From Candidatus Bathyarchaeia archaeon (lineage in GTDB: Archaea; Thermoproteota; Bathyarchaeia; JBHIEI01), in NCBI GenBank assembly GCA_046760555.1, contig JBHIEI010000004.1:322-32321 (forward strand): 32,000 bases of DNA, given 5' to 3'. Below the pieces are notes generated by a model that saw nothing but the letters and a program-made list of their open reading frames with translations, was not told the DNA's origin and did not search any database. Below are positions 7,535 through 16,278 of this stretch, piece after piece (the first letter of the stretch is position 1; the number at the start of each line of letters is the position of its first letter). Both the position numbers and the translations under genes were made by a program.

Positions 7535-8458
7535 TTATTTTCGAGACAGTAGAGAGCAGGAGTTACATAATTCGTTGGTAGAAGGTTCGCCGCAGAGCCT
7601 GCAGCTTCCAATGATCCCTGTCTGCCTTGGCAGACCTTCTTGAATTCTAAGAAAAGAGCGGAAGAGATTGAATTTGATACCGGGATGCCTCGTATCTAAT
7701 CTGTTCATGAGGGATCGGATGTCACCCCGTAAGGACAGGGTCGCGTAGGGGCACACCGACGACTGGAAAGGTATCGACTTAAGATGGGCGTACAGAGACA
7801 GCTCTCTCTCCGGCGTCTCGAAGAGGGGTTTTATCCTTCTGACAAATTTGGGGTGATCGATCGTTGTAGTGGGGGATACACGAGAGATCCTGTCCACATT
7901 GCCATGGACGACATTTAGCAGAAAGGTTTGAACCACATCGTCCAGCGTGTGGGCCGTCGCCAGTTTGTCAGCCCCCATTTCCCTCGCTAAGACGTTTAAT
8001 GCCTTTCGCCTGAGTACGCCGCAGTAAGAGCAGGGAGAGAGCTCGTCTCCCTTGGCCCTGACTATCTCGTCCAGATCGTAGCCGTAGAGCTCTTTAAAGG
8101 AGCGAGTTGTGAACTCGATCCCGATTTTGCGACAGAACTCTGATGCGATCTCTACTGCCTCAACCCGATATCCTCCTATCCCCTCGTCAATGGTTATTCC
8201 CACCAGCTCGCTTCGGGGATATCCCTCCTCGATGCGGCTCAGAATCGACGACAGGGCGAGGCTATCCTTCCCCCCAGAAATCGCTATGGCGATTTTATCG
8301 TCCGGGTCAAGCATGCCGTACTTGGCGATCGTCCTCCTCACCTTCGCCTCAATCCACTGAATGAAACAACCTCGGCAAAACCGAGTTCCGGAGGACACTT
8401 GCATGTACGTGGCTCTTTTTCCACACATCGAGCACCGTTTCTCCTCGATCGATCTCAT
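7535..8458 (-). CDS. tRNA 2-thiolation PP-loop ATPase (TtuA/NcsA family)
   Basis: I trimmed the 372-aa ORF to Met66 (MRSIEEKRCSMCGK...). It has an N-terminal CxxC..CxxC zinc finger, the PP-loop IAISGGKDS, PCSYCGVLRR, ATAHTLDD and a C-terminal CRLCG...CNSC finger, and is colinear with my recollection of Pyrococcus TtuA. Its ATG overlaps the stop of the upstream gene (ATGA at 8455-8458). Confidence 0.85.
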   Translation of the reverse strand: MRSIEEKRCSMCGKRATYMQVSSGTRFCRGCFIQWIEAKVRRTIAKYGMLDPDDKIAIAISGGKDSLALSSILSRIEEGYPRSELVGITIDEGIGGYRVEAVEIASEFCRKIGIEFTTRSFKELYGYDLDEIVRAKGDELSPCSYCGVLRRKALNVLAREMGADKLATAHTLDDVVQTFLLNVVHGNVDRISRVSPTTTIDHPKFVRRIKPLFETPERELSLYAHLKSIPFQSSVCPYATLSLRGDIRSLMNRLDTRHPGIKFNLFRSFLRIQEGLPRQTGIIGSCRLCGEPSTNELCNSCSLLSRK

Positions 8459-9558
8459 CGCAATACCCCTAGCCCCACCAGCATGGATAGGAGGAGAAGC
8501 GTCACGAAGAAGACGCTCGAAGCAATAACTATCAACCGGCTCCTCTTCGGCCAGTATCTGTCGGCTACGGCCTGCAGCATCCCTCCCCCGTCTAGCAGGT
8601 ATATGGGTAACATGTTGACCACACCGACACCCAGGGAGAGCATGTGCGCCCAATCGAGTGTTGCCAGTAGACCGATCGACACCTCCTCTCCAGCCAGCCC
8701 ACCCCGTAGTGGGAAGTAGTTCCTCGGACGGATGCCTATCACTGCCCTACCGTTTTGGCTTCCGGCGGACAGGATCACCTCGCCCCTGCTTGTTTCAAGA
8801 ACGAGAGTTTCTCCGGGGTGCACTTCGCTCATGAACTCGGATAACTGCCTGACGCTGTTTATGGGACTGGAGTTTATCGAGTAGATCACGCAGTTTTCAG
8901 CAAGCTTACCCACGATCTCATCCCTTACCACTCTCACGACCTGAACGCCCGTGGGGGTCGGTGAGAATAACGCGGGTACCAGGATGATGATCAGCAGGGC
9001 TACTGCGAGGTTCGCGGTCGATCCCATCGATAAAACTCTGAGTTTAGAAGATAGGGAACTCTGCTTAAAGTGCTCTTCGGAGGGCTCTATGTACCCACCG
9101 GGGATGACAAAAGCGAGAAATATGCCCGCTGCTTTGACCGGGATCCCCTCAGCAGCCGCCATGTACCCATGGGCAAACTCATGGGAGATTAGCACGATGG
9201 CCGCGGATATCACAAAATAGGGTAGCTGGGGCCAGTCTATGGTCACCCCAGGAATGGGGGGGACAACTGATACGACCGCTTCCGTCCGAAAGAAAACCTG
9301 TCCAAGGTTCGAGATGAATATGTAACAAGCGAAAAACAGTAGGCCAGCACCTATGGCGATCCCGATGTCGCCGATCACCTTTCCCACCTTACCACCCTTC
9401 ACTCTCCGGAAAACCGATGCGATGCGATCCGACTTGAGGTTTATGAAAAGGGGTTTGACCTCCACGCCATACTTGCCCAGCTGGCGATATCTCCCGATCA
9501 GGTATACAACTGCCCAGAAGGACAGAAGGAAAACGATGAACGGCAGAATGGGGCTCAA
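8455..9558 (-). CDS. site-2 protease family (M50) membrane metalloprotease with PDZ domain
   Basis: It has the HEFAHG (HExxH) motif, a PDZ-like segment (VVRVVRDEIVGKLAENCVIYSINSSPINSVRQL) and NMLPIYLLDGGGM (NxxPxxxLDG), plus several TM helices. The track ORF extends to a GTG at 9651. I prefer the TTG at 9558 because a TATA-like element sits about 27-34 nt upstream of it. The start remains uncertain. Confidence 0.85.
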   Translation of the reverse strand: MSPILPFIVFLLSFWAVVYLIGRYRQLGKYGVEVKPLFINLKSDRIASVFRRVKGGKVGKVIGDIGIAIGAGLLFFACYIFISNLGQVFFRTEAVVSVVPPIPGVTIDWPQLPYFVISAAIVLISHEFAHGYMAAAEGIPVKAAGIFLAFVIPGGYIEPSEEHFKQSSLSSKLRVLSMGSTANLAVALLIIILVPALFSPTPTGVQVVRVVRDEIVGKLAENCVIYSINSSPINSVRQLSEFMSEVHPGETLVLETSRGEVILSAGSQNGRAVIGIRPRNYFPLRGGLAGEEVSIGLLATLDWAHMLSLGVGVVNMLPIYLLDGGGMLQAVADRYWPKRSRLIVIASSVFFVTLLLLSMLVGLGVLR

Positions 9559-9583
9559 GTTACACCCGTTATAGGGAAAGGTG

Positions 9584-9594
9584 CTTAAATAATA
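9584..9594 (-). promoter_or_regulatory. TATA-like element upstream of the site-2 protease gene (possibly shared with the divergent gene)
   Basis: Minus strand: TATTATTTAAG, followed by 26 nt and then the TTG at 9558. Confidence 0.3.
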
Positions 9595-9608
9595 CCCTCC
9601 AAAAAGGT

Positions 9609-9956
9609 TTGCTGGGGGTTGCGGTAAAAGGATTCCACTACCTTCTAGCACTACCGATCGGGCTACTATTTCTGGCGATGCTCACGCCAGCGTACTCTTC
9701 GGCGACCTTACAACCCCACGACACCAGTGATGTCGAGGACGTCATCCAGAAAGTCACCAGTGTGATCGAGACGTTTCTCCAGGTGGTAGCGAACTCGGCC
9801 ATGAACATAGCCCGTCTCTTCTACGTTGTGATGGCAATCGTCGGCTCCATTCTGTGGACCTCTAGACTCGATCGCCTCATGGGTCGAGATCTGATATTGG
9901 GAGCGGTTTTACTTGCGTTTGTCTCCGAGTTCATAATCCCAGTGATCCTACACTAA
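9609..9956 (+). CDS. small secreted/membrane protein (signal peptide plus two C-terminal TM helices)
   Basis: 115 aa with a TTG start. It has a signal-peptide-like N-terminus (LLALPIGLLFLAMLTPAYSSA/TLQ). Two hydrophobic helices follow, separated by the basic loop TSRLDRLMGRD. I recognise no family. An alternative ATG start lies at 9678. Confidence 0.5.
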   Translation: MLGVAVKGFHYLLALPIGLLFLAMLTPAYSSATLQPHDTSDVEDVIQKVTSVIETFLQVVANSAMNIARLFYVVMAIVGSILWTSRLDRLMGRDLILGAVLLAFVSEFIIPVILH

Positions 9957-10130
9957 TGGGACGAAGAACGCGATGATCCTTTCTCAGGAATGGTGTTTGG
10001 GGTCCTCACTCCTCCTCGCCTCCCATTAGCAGGAGTTAAAGAAAGCGAAGTCTGACTTCAAGATCAGAGATCCCTTTTCGAATCACGCTTCAGCAGCCTC
10101 AAATGCCATATTCGATCGCGCGTACACCAT

Positions 10131-10577
10131 ATGGTGCGGGACATCCGGATCCGAAGGGGAAGAATCAGAGACCTTGGAGCCGTATGCGAGATCGAGAGGC
10201 TTTCATTTAGTCATCCCTACACTCCCACCCTTCTCAGAGACCTCCTTCTATCCAGCCCGGACTCGTTTTTTGTTGCGGTCTCGAACAGCGATGTGATCGG
10301 GTACATCGCAGGGAGATTGGTAAAGAGGCATGGGGGGCACATCGTAACTCTGGCTGTGCACCCAATGTTTAGGGGGAGGGGAGTTGGGGAAAAATTGACC
10401 GAGAGGTTGATTCAACACTTCAGGGCAAGAAAGGCTGGAAAAGCACAGTTAGAAGTTCGAATAAGCAATGTGATGGCCCAAGAGCTTTACCTTAAGCTTG
10501 GCTTCATCCGCCATCGGATCATCCCCTCTTATTATCCCGATGGGGAGGACGCGGTCGTGATGGTTGCTAACCTTTAG
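10131..10577 (+). CDS. GNAT-family N-acetyltransferase (RimI / N-alpha-acetyltransferase-like)
   Basis: 148 aa. The acetyl-CoA site LAVHPMFRGRGVGEKL (Q/RxxGxG/A) and overall length are typical of RimI/Ard1-type enzymes. Confidence 0.8.
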   Translation: MVRDIRIRRGRIRDLGAVCEIERLSFSHPYTPTLLRDLLLSSPDSFFVAVSNSDVIGYIAGRLVKRHGGHIVTLAVHPMFRGRGVGEKLTERLIQHFRARKAGKAQLEVRISNVMAQELYLKLGFIRHRIIPSYYPDGEDAVVMVANL

Positions 10578-10602
10578 TTTTAGTTCGAATTATTGAATTG
10601 GA

Positions 10603-12897
10603 TTGGAAATAGATCTCTGGCCCCTCGACTTCACGTACAGCATCTCCGAAGATGAGGTTCGATTGTGGGGGATCGATGGTGAGGGGAGAAGGGTAGTCGT
10701 CCTCGACCAAGGCTTCCACCAGTATTTCTTTCTGATCCCCGAGCCTGGTGCAGAATCCGGGGAGTTGATAAATCATCTCAAATCGAGGGCAGGAAGCGAG
10801 GTTCTGAGCCTGGAGACCCAGGAGAAGAAGCTCTTCGGAAAACCAACGGAGGTAATTCGAGTTACATGCAGCAACCACAAGTTCTTGCAATCCATAGCTC
10901 GCCGGCTTCGCAAAACAAAAGGGGTAAAACGGGTTATCGAAGATGACATTCGCTACACAACGAGGTACCTGATTGACAACGACGTTCTACCCTGCACCTG
11001 GCACACCATAGACGCAAAGGAGGTCGAAAATAGGTGGGGATACGCCGTAGGTGCTGTTTACGAGGCTCTTGAAAGACCGATTAGAACCGAGAGGGTCGAA
11101 ATCCCCCAGCTGAGGACGCTGTCCTTCGCCATCGAATACTATGCCCCCATGGGTGTTAGCTCCAAGGAAGCCTTCGTAGCGGTGATCTCAGCTAAAACGG
11201 AGGAGGGAGGCACAGCACAGTTTATGGCAGAAGATGGGGATGATCACGGCGCAATCGCCAAGTTCGCTACCTTTGTCATGGAAGAGGATCCCGACATCGT
11301 TGTGGGCCATGGGTCAAATTTCTTCGATTGGAAGGTCTTGCTGGATCGGGCATCGGCAAATGGCATGAAGATCCCTATCGGACGGGATAGATCAAAGCCC
11401 CACCGAAGTGTGTATGGGCACATTTCGATAGCCGGCCGCGCAAACGTGGATCTTCTGAACTATGCGGAACGGGCACCGGACATAAAGCTCAAGGACCTCA
11501 TCCATGTGGCATCGTTTTACGGTTTGGATCGAGCCAGAGATGTCGCCCAGGTTAGCTCGATAGATGTCCCCCGCCTTTGGAGGGAAAATAGAGAGGAGCT
11601 GCTACGTTTCAGCCGTCATAAGGTGGAGCTAATCCACGAACTCTCCCTCAAGCTCCTCCCATTCTTCATCCAGCTGTCTTGGGTGGTTGGCCTACCCCTC
11701 GATCAGGTCGTGGCTGCTGCCGTGGGCTTCAGGGTTGAGCGCAACCTGATGAGGCACGCCCACATGGAGAACGAGCTCATACCAAAGCGGATGAAGCGCC
11801 CATTCTTGCCCCCTTACAAGGGGGCTTTGGTTTTGGCACCCAAGCCTGGCGTGCATCGGGACATTGCGATCATGGACTTCTCCTCGATGTATCCCAGCCT
11901 CATGATCAAGTACAACATTTCACCGGATACGCTTGTGCCCTCCGATGCCCGGGTCCCTGAGGATCAGGTCAACCTGGTGGCAGAGCTGAATCAGCGTTTC
12001 TTCAAGTCGCCCGAGGGCTTCTACAAGAAGCTCCTCGCGAGACTGATCGAGCTCAGACGCGCAATTAAGACGAGGATGAAGAAACTACCTCCCGACTCTG
12101 AGATGTATATGCTTCTCGATCAGCGGCAAAAGGCAATCAAGATAGTTACCAATGCCACTTACGGCTACATGGGCTGGGTAGGGGCTAGGTGGTACGCGAG
12201 GGAGGTCGCTGAAGCCACAGCTGCCCTAGGCAGGGAGACGATAGAGAGAGCCATCAGCGAGGCAAAAAGAATCGGGCTTGGGGTGCTGTACGCCGATACC
12301 GACGGTTTGATGGTTCGAAACGAACCAGAAAAGATCGAGGAATTCCAAAGTCTGATAGAAAGGGAGATCGGTTTGCGTATCCAGCCGCACAAGTTCTACG
12401 ACTACGTACTCTTTACCAAGGCTAAGAAGAAGTACGCTGGTTTGGAACCCAGCGGGGAGATCGACATCGTCGGATTCGAGAGCATCCGTGGTGACTGGGC
12501 TATGGTGGCGAGGGAGGCAGAGGAGGAGATCATCCGGATCCTACTGAAGGAAAGATCGATCGAGAAGGCAAGATCTTACGTTGAGAAAATCATCGAGCGA
12601 ATCAGATCCAAGCGGGTCCCGTATGACAAATTCATTATCTGGAAAACCTTAACGAAGCCGATAGCGGAATACAAGGCTCGAGCCCCTCACGTAGCGGCGG
12701 CTAAGAGGTTGTTTGATGCCGGAGGGAAATTGGAGGCTGGTGATAAGATAGGTTTTGTTGTGACACGGGGGGAGGGCAAGCTATATGAGAGAGCGATGCC
12801 CTACGCTCTAGCCTCCCGTGATCAGATAGACCTCGATTACTACGTCAACAATCAGGTTCTACCTTTGGTGGATCGGTGCTTCGAGGCCTTGGGATAG
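10603..12897 (+). CDS. polB: family-B DNA polymerase
   Basis: 764 aa. Pol motif A is MDFSSMYPS, motif B is KIVTNATYGYMG, motif C is LYADTDG, plus KKKYAG. The exonuclease motifs look degenerate (see findings). TTG start. Confidence 0.9.
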   Translation: MEIDLWPLDFTYSISEDEVRLWGIDGEGRRVVVLDQGFHQYFFLIPEPGAESGELINHLKSRAGSEVLSLETQEKKLFGKPTEVIRVTCSNHKFLQSIARRLRKTKGVKRVIEDDIRYTTRYLIDNDVLPCTWHTIDAKEVENRWGYAVGAVYEALERPIRTERVEIPQLRTLSFAIEYYAPMGVSSKEAFVAVISAKTEEGGTAQFMAEDGDDHGAIAKFATFVMEEDPDIVVGHGSNFFDWKVLLDRASANGMKIPIGRDRSKPHRSVYGHISIAGRANVDLLNYAERAPDIKLKDLIHVASFYGLDRARDVAQVSSIDVPRLWRENREELLRFSRHKVELIHELSLKLLPFFIQLSWVVGLPLDQVVAAAVGFRVERNLMRHAHMENELIPKRMKRPFLPPYKGALVLAPKPGVHRDIAIMDFSSMYPSLMIKYNISPDTLVPSDARVPEDQVNLVAELNQRFFKSPEGFYKKLLARLIELRRAIKTRMKKLPPDSEMYMLLDQRQKAIKIVTNATYGYMGWVGARWYAREVAEATAALGRETIERAISEAKRIGLGVLYADTDGLMVRNEPEKIEEFQSLIEREIGLRIQPHKFYDYVLFTKAKKKYAGLEPSGEIDIVGFESIRGDWAMVAREAEEEIIRILLKERSIEKARSYVEKIIERIRSKRVPYDKFIIWKTLTKPIAEYKARAPHVAAAKRLFDAGGKLEAGDKIGFVVTRGEGKLYERAMPYALASRDQIDLDYYVNNQVLPLVDRCFEALG

Positions 12898-12900
12898 GTG

Positions 12901-14034
12901 CTACAACTCCTCCGGTAGCATCACTCGCACACTTGGAGCCTTCTTCTCGATCTTTGCCCGGGCTCCGCAAACGTATTTTATCCCTACCTTCTTTGCAATG
13001 TTAACGATCCTCTGGGTTACGATCCCATCGAATACTACGGCATAGGCACCCTTAACATCCGGTAGAGTTTTCGCGAGCTCACTCACCGAACACGAGAATA
13101 TGGGCTGGCAATCCTTATCCAGTACGCGCGCTTCCAGTGTTCCCTTGAGTTCCTCCAGGAGCTCCTTGCACCTTCCCCATAGCTTTTCATCCCTCTCGGG
13201 CTCCTCGGGCTTTTTCTCAGCCTTCTTACGAAATCGATCGATTGGAATCGGAGCCTTCAGAAGTTTTCTGATGGCTGTGGGGGATAGCTCCTCTACCTCC
13301 ATATTCCTCGGAGCCCTGATGACATATTTCACGTCGGCCTCCCTGAGCAGCTCCCTGAGGATGAACTCTCCACCTCGATCACCATCGAGTAGGGCCGTCG
13401 CCTCCTTCTTCTTGCAGAGCTCGACAATCGACTTTGGCACACTGACACCGTTGAGCGCTATCGCATTGTTTATACCAGCCTCTAGCAGTTTTATCACATC
13501 AGCCCTACCCTCGACGATTATGATGGAGTCCGAGCTGGCAACGTCGGGTCCGGCGGGAAGCTTCTCAGCCCCAAACTCCCCAACCTTGTATGTGATGGCC
13601 GCCTTTTCCACCTGATCCTCGACGTCCTCGAGGCTTGGGACGTCGGTGAACCTCCACGAACGCAGTATCTCCTTGGCCCTCTTAACGATCTCCACTCGCT
13701 TAGTTTTCCGTGTGTCCTCGATCCCCTCGAGCTTGAAGTTTGCCGCGTATGGACCGACCTTGTCGATGCTCTCGATCGAGGCCGCGATCAGAGCGGTTGA
13801 CGCTCGGCTCAGACCGCTGGGGATGACGATGGAGCCCTTGGTCTCCTTTTCCTCCAAGTTTGCCTCGACCTCTATCCTACCTACCCTTCCCGACTTCTGT
13901 AGCTCGCGCAGGTCGAGCTTTGGACCGAAGAGCCCCTCTGTTTGCCCGAAAAGTGCTCCAACCACATCGTTTTTGTCAACGTTCCCGTTGACCTTGAACT
14001 CGATTTTAACCAGATACTTCAGACCTTTACTCAT
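12901..14034 (-). CDS. dnaG: archaeal DnaG-type primase (Toprim domain)
   Basis: YLVKIEFKVNGNVDKNDVVGALFGQTEGLFGPKLDLRELQKSGRVGRIEV is the conserved archaeal DnaG N-terminus. The Toprim core is IIIVEGRADV...DGDRGGE. I chose the second ATG (MSKGLKY) because it forms an ATGA overlap with the gap stop. The track ORF starts at 14046. Confidence 0.9.
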   Translation of the reverse strand: MSKGLKYLVKIEFKVNGNVDKNDVVGALFGQTEGLFGPKLDLRELQKSGRVGRIEVEANLEEKETKGSIVIPSGLSRASTALIAASIESIDKVGPYAANFKLEGIEDTRKTKRVEIVKRAKEILRSWRFTDVPSLEDVEDQVEKAAITYKVGEFGAEKLPAGPDVASSDSIIIVEGRADVIKLLEAGINNAIALNGVSVPKSIVELCKKKEATALLDGDRGGEFILRELLREADVKYVIRAPRNMEVEELSPTAIRKLLKAPIPIDRFRKKAEKKPEEPERDEKLWGRCKELLEELKGTLEARVLDKDCQPIFSCSVSELAKTLPDVKGAYAVVFDGIVTQRIVNIAKKVGIKYVCGARAKIEKKAPSVRVMLPEEL

Positions 14035-15065
14035 AACACGCTCCATGAGCGGAGCACATTTAAAGTTTCATCTGTCAGCTTCATGGACTCGTCCCGTCTC
14101 ATCAGCTTCATGGATGCCCTGATGGCATCGATATTTTCGAGTATGACATCAGCTTCGGAGTGGACCGCCTGCAAATAGTACAACTCGTCATCGATGATCG
14201 ATACGGATTCGGACCAGACGGGGATTTCGTATACGTCACCCCTCGATCTGCCCAGATCCTTAGCCATGTCGATCACATGAGCGGTTGAAAGGATCCTCTC
14301 CTTGCCACTGATCAAGACCACTCGAGGAGTCTCATCGAAGAGATCGGTCACTCCCTCCTCGTTGACGCCCTTTGACTCGAGGGTTACTGAGAGAGCATGG
14401 AGGTGCATGTGAGTTACAGAGGTCTTCAGGGCCACAGTCACGATCGGAAGCCCTGGCAAAACCGTGTTCACATCGGGACCCTGGTGAGACGGAACCGTTA
14501 TCGGGTCAGGTACAACCGCGTTCATGGGACCGTGACCAATATCATCGGGATCGGAGCCCCGTCGGATCAGCACTCCGCGGGCCCTTTTAACACCAAAGGC
14601 CTGATCGAGGGCATGAAGCGTTCGGCATAGACCCGTTGTATTGCAGGATACGCATCGGATATATCCCTTACCGTACGCCTTTTCGTAGTTGCACTGAGCG
14701 ACGAAGGACACATCTGCTACGTCGGCTTTCTCACCGCCCTGGAAGATCGCATTGACGCCCATTTCCTCATAGATCGGTTTGTACCTCCTTCCGATGCCTC
14801 CTGGAGTGGCGTCTACAACGACATCAACACTTCTGAGCAGATCCCTCACCGTGCCCTTGACCGGGATGTCCTCCTCCTCAAACGATTTCAACCCCTTCTC
14901 TGTGGCTGAGTAGATGTCATATCCCTTCCTAATGGCCGCGATCGACTTGTAATCCGGTCCCGTTTTGGCTATCCCGACCAGCTTCATGTCAGGCTGTAGA
15001 GTCACGGCATCGGCAATTCGTCTGCCTATCGTGCCATATCCATTAACACCAACTTTAACTACCAA
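14031..15065 (-). CDS. gap: archaeal type-II glyceraldehyde-3-phosphate dehydrogenase
   Basis: MVVKVGVNGYGTIGRRIADAV is the NAD(P)-binding N-terminus and CVSCNTTGL holds the active-site Cys. At 344 aa it has the typical archaeal GAPDH length. Confidence 0.9.
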   Translation of the reverse strand: MVVKVGVNGYGTIGRRIADAVTLQPDMKLVGIAKTGPDYKSIAAIRKGYDIYSATEKGLKSFEEEDIPVKGTVRDLLRSVDVVVDATPGGIGRRYKPIYEEMGVNAIFQGGEKADVADVSFVAQCNYEKAYGKGYIRCVSCNTTGLCRTLHALDQAFGVKRARGVLIRRGSDPDDIGHGPMNAVVPDPITVPSHQGPDVNTVLPGLPIVTVALKTSVTHMHLHALSVTLESKGVNEEGVTDLFDETPRVVLISGKERILSTAHVIDMAKDLGRSRGDVYEIPVWSESVSIIDDELYYLQAVHSEADVILENIDAIRASMKLMRRDESMKLTDETLNVLRSWSVL

Positions 15066-15073
15066 TCCACCAC

Positions 15074-16141
15074 CTAGGTACTAATAGTACGAATCTCTTT
15101 GAGAAGCTTTGGTTTCCTCTTGAAGTAAAGCCGAACAGGTCGCAGGATCGCGCTCAGGCTCTCAGCAACGGCCATTTTGACATCCAGTGGGTGCAACCCT
15201 CTAGCGTACTCGCAGGCTAGATCCGAGTAGTCACGAAATACTGAGCTCCTCTTCTTCCCTTTGGCTCTAGTTACAACTAGCTTGTCGACCCTTGGAAAGA
15301 TGAGATATCTCGCTATCTCCAACACGGGATTCATCTCGACCTCTCCGGGGGGACAATAGGCCTTCATTATCTTCTCCCGTATCTCTTCGGGCTCGTCGTG
15401 GATGAAAATAGAACTGGCTGGCCTAGACTTGCTCATCTTAGCATCAACTAAGATCTCCTCACGTCTCATTTTCTGGGTATCCATCCGATTCGTTCCTTGG
15501 AGACCCACTAGCAGTGGGGTATGAACAGCGATCGGCTTCTTCCTCCCTAGCTTTGGGGCAATCTCTCGCGCCAGTACATGGGCTCTACGCTGGTCTTCGC
15601 CCCCAAGACACAGATCAACATCCAACATGAATATGTCAGTGACCTGCATGGAGGGGTAGATGAGCTTCGCGAAATCTATCCCCAAATCGCCTTTCTTTCT
15701 CCCCAGAATGGTCAGTGCCCGTTTGGCCCGAGCTAGACTCACGTGCTTAGACAATCGGAGCAGGGTGGTCCAGTACCCAGGCTCGCCTATTAGATCCTCT
15801 GCGTAGACGAAGGATGCCTTTCGAAGATCAACCTCCAGAGCCTCGAGACATTGCTTGATGTACTCGGCACATTTTCCGATATTACCGATGTTCCCTCCAA
15901 GCTTATCGTTGATCAGGGCATGCCATGTAGCCAGGAGAACCGTCATGTCTACGCCAGCGTTAATCAGATCCTTGAGCTTTTCGATCCATATGATCCAAGA
16001 GATCGGCAATAGCCCAGAGGGCTCGACGCCGATGTATCCTGTCAATCGAGCCCTAGATTCGATCGATTTTTTCAGCTCATGAGTGGTAATTACCTCCTGG
16101 GTGTTCCTCGTTATGAGCTCTAGGCGCTCCTCGGTATCCAT
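15074..16141 (-). CDS. tyrS: tyrosyl-tRNA synthetase (archaeal type)
   Basis: It is colinear with my recollection of Methanocaldococcus TyrRS: IGVEPSG..., LLATWHALINDK, YPSMQVTDI, GGEDQRRAHVLARE, KMSKS, KAYCPPGEVEMNPVLEIARY. The HIGH position reads PISW (see findings). Confidence 0.85.
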   Translation of the reverse strand: MDTEERLELITRNTQEVITTHELKKSIESRARLTGYIGVEPSGLLPISWIIWIEKLKDLINAGVDMTVLLATWHALINDKLGGNIGNIGKCAEYIKQCLEALEVDLRKASFVYAEDLIGEPGYWTTLLRLSKHVSLARAKRALTILGRKKGDLGIDFAKLIYPSMQVTDIFMLDVDLCLGGEDQRRAHVLAREIAPKLGRKKPIAVHTPLLVGLQGTNRMDTQKMRREEILVDAKMSKSRPASSIFIHDEPEEIREKIMKAYCPPGEVEMNPVLEIARYLIFPRVDKLVVTRAKGKKRSSVFRDYSDLACEYARGLHPLDVKMAVAESLSAILRPVRLYFKRKPKLLKEIRTIST

Positions 16142-16278
16142 GATATCTCAGTAACCGTAAGTGGGCTTCGCCTGTCCCATGTCTGGGTGCCCCTCCCTCA
16201 TCTTGTATCGGTTGAGTCCGTCGGCATGGATTTCCGGCGAAGCCATCTCAAAAGGTCGTTTCGCAATAAATCTTTTAA

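Noticed and set aside
8459-8653. A 65-codon N-terminal extension of the thiolation-enzyme ORF (372-aa version starting at 8653).
   Set aside because: The extension overlaps the 3' end of the site-2 protease gene in another frame and is Arg/Gly-rich. Homologs as I recall them begin at the CxxC zinc finger, which follows Met66. Met66 also gives a typical ATGA stop/start overlap.
13100-14178. Plus-strand ORFs 13100..13615, 13646..14122 and 13942..14178.
   Set aside because: They are Ser/Leu/Phe-rich shadow frames antisense to dnaG and gap.
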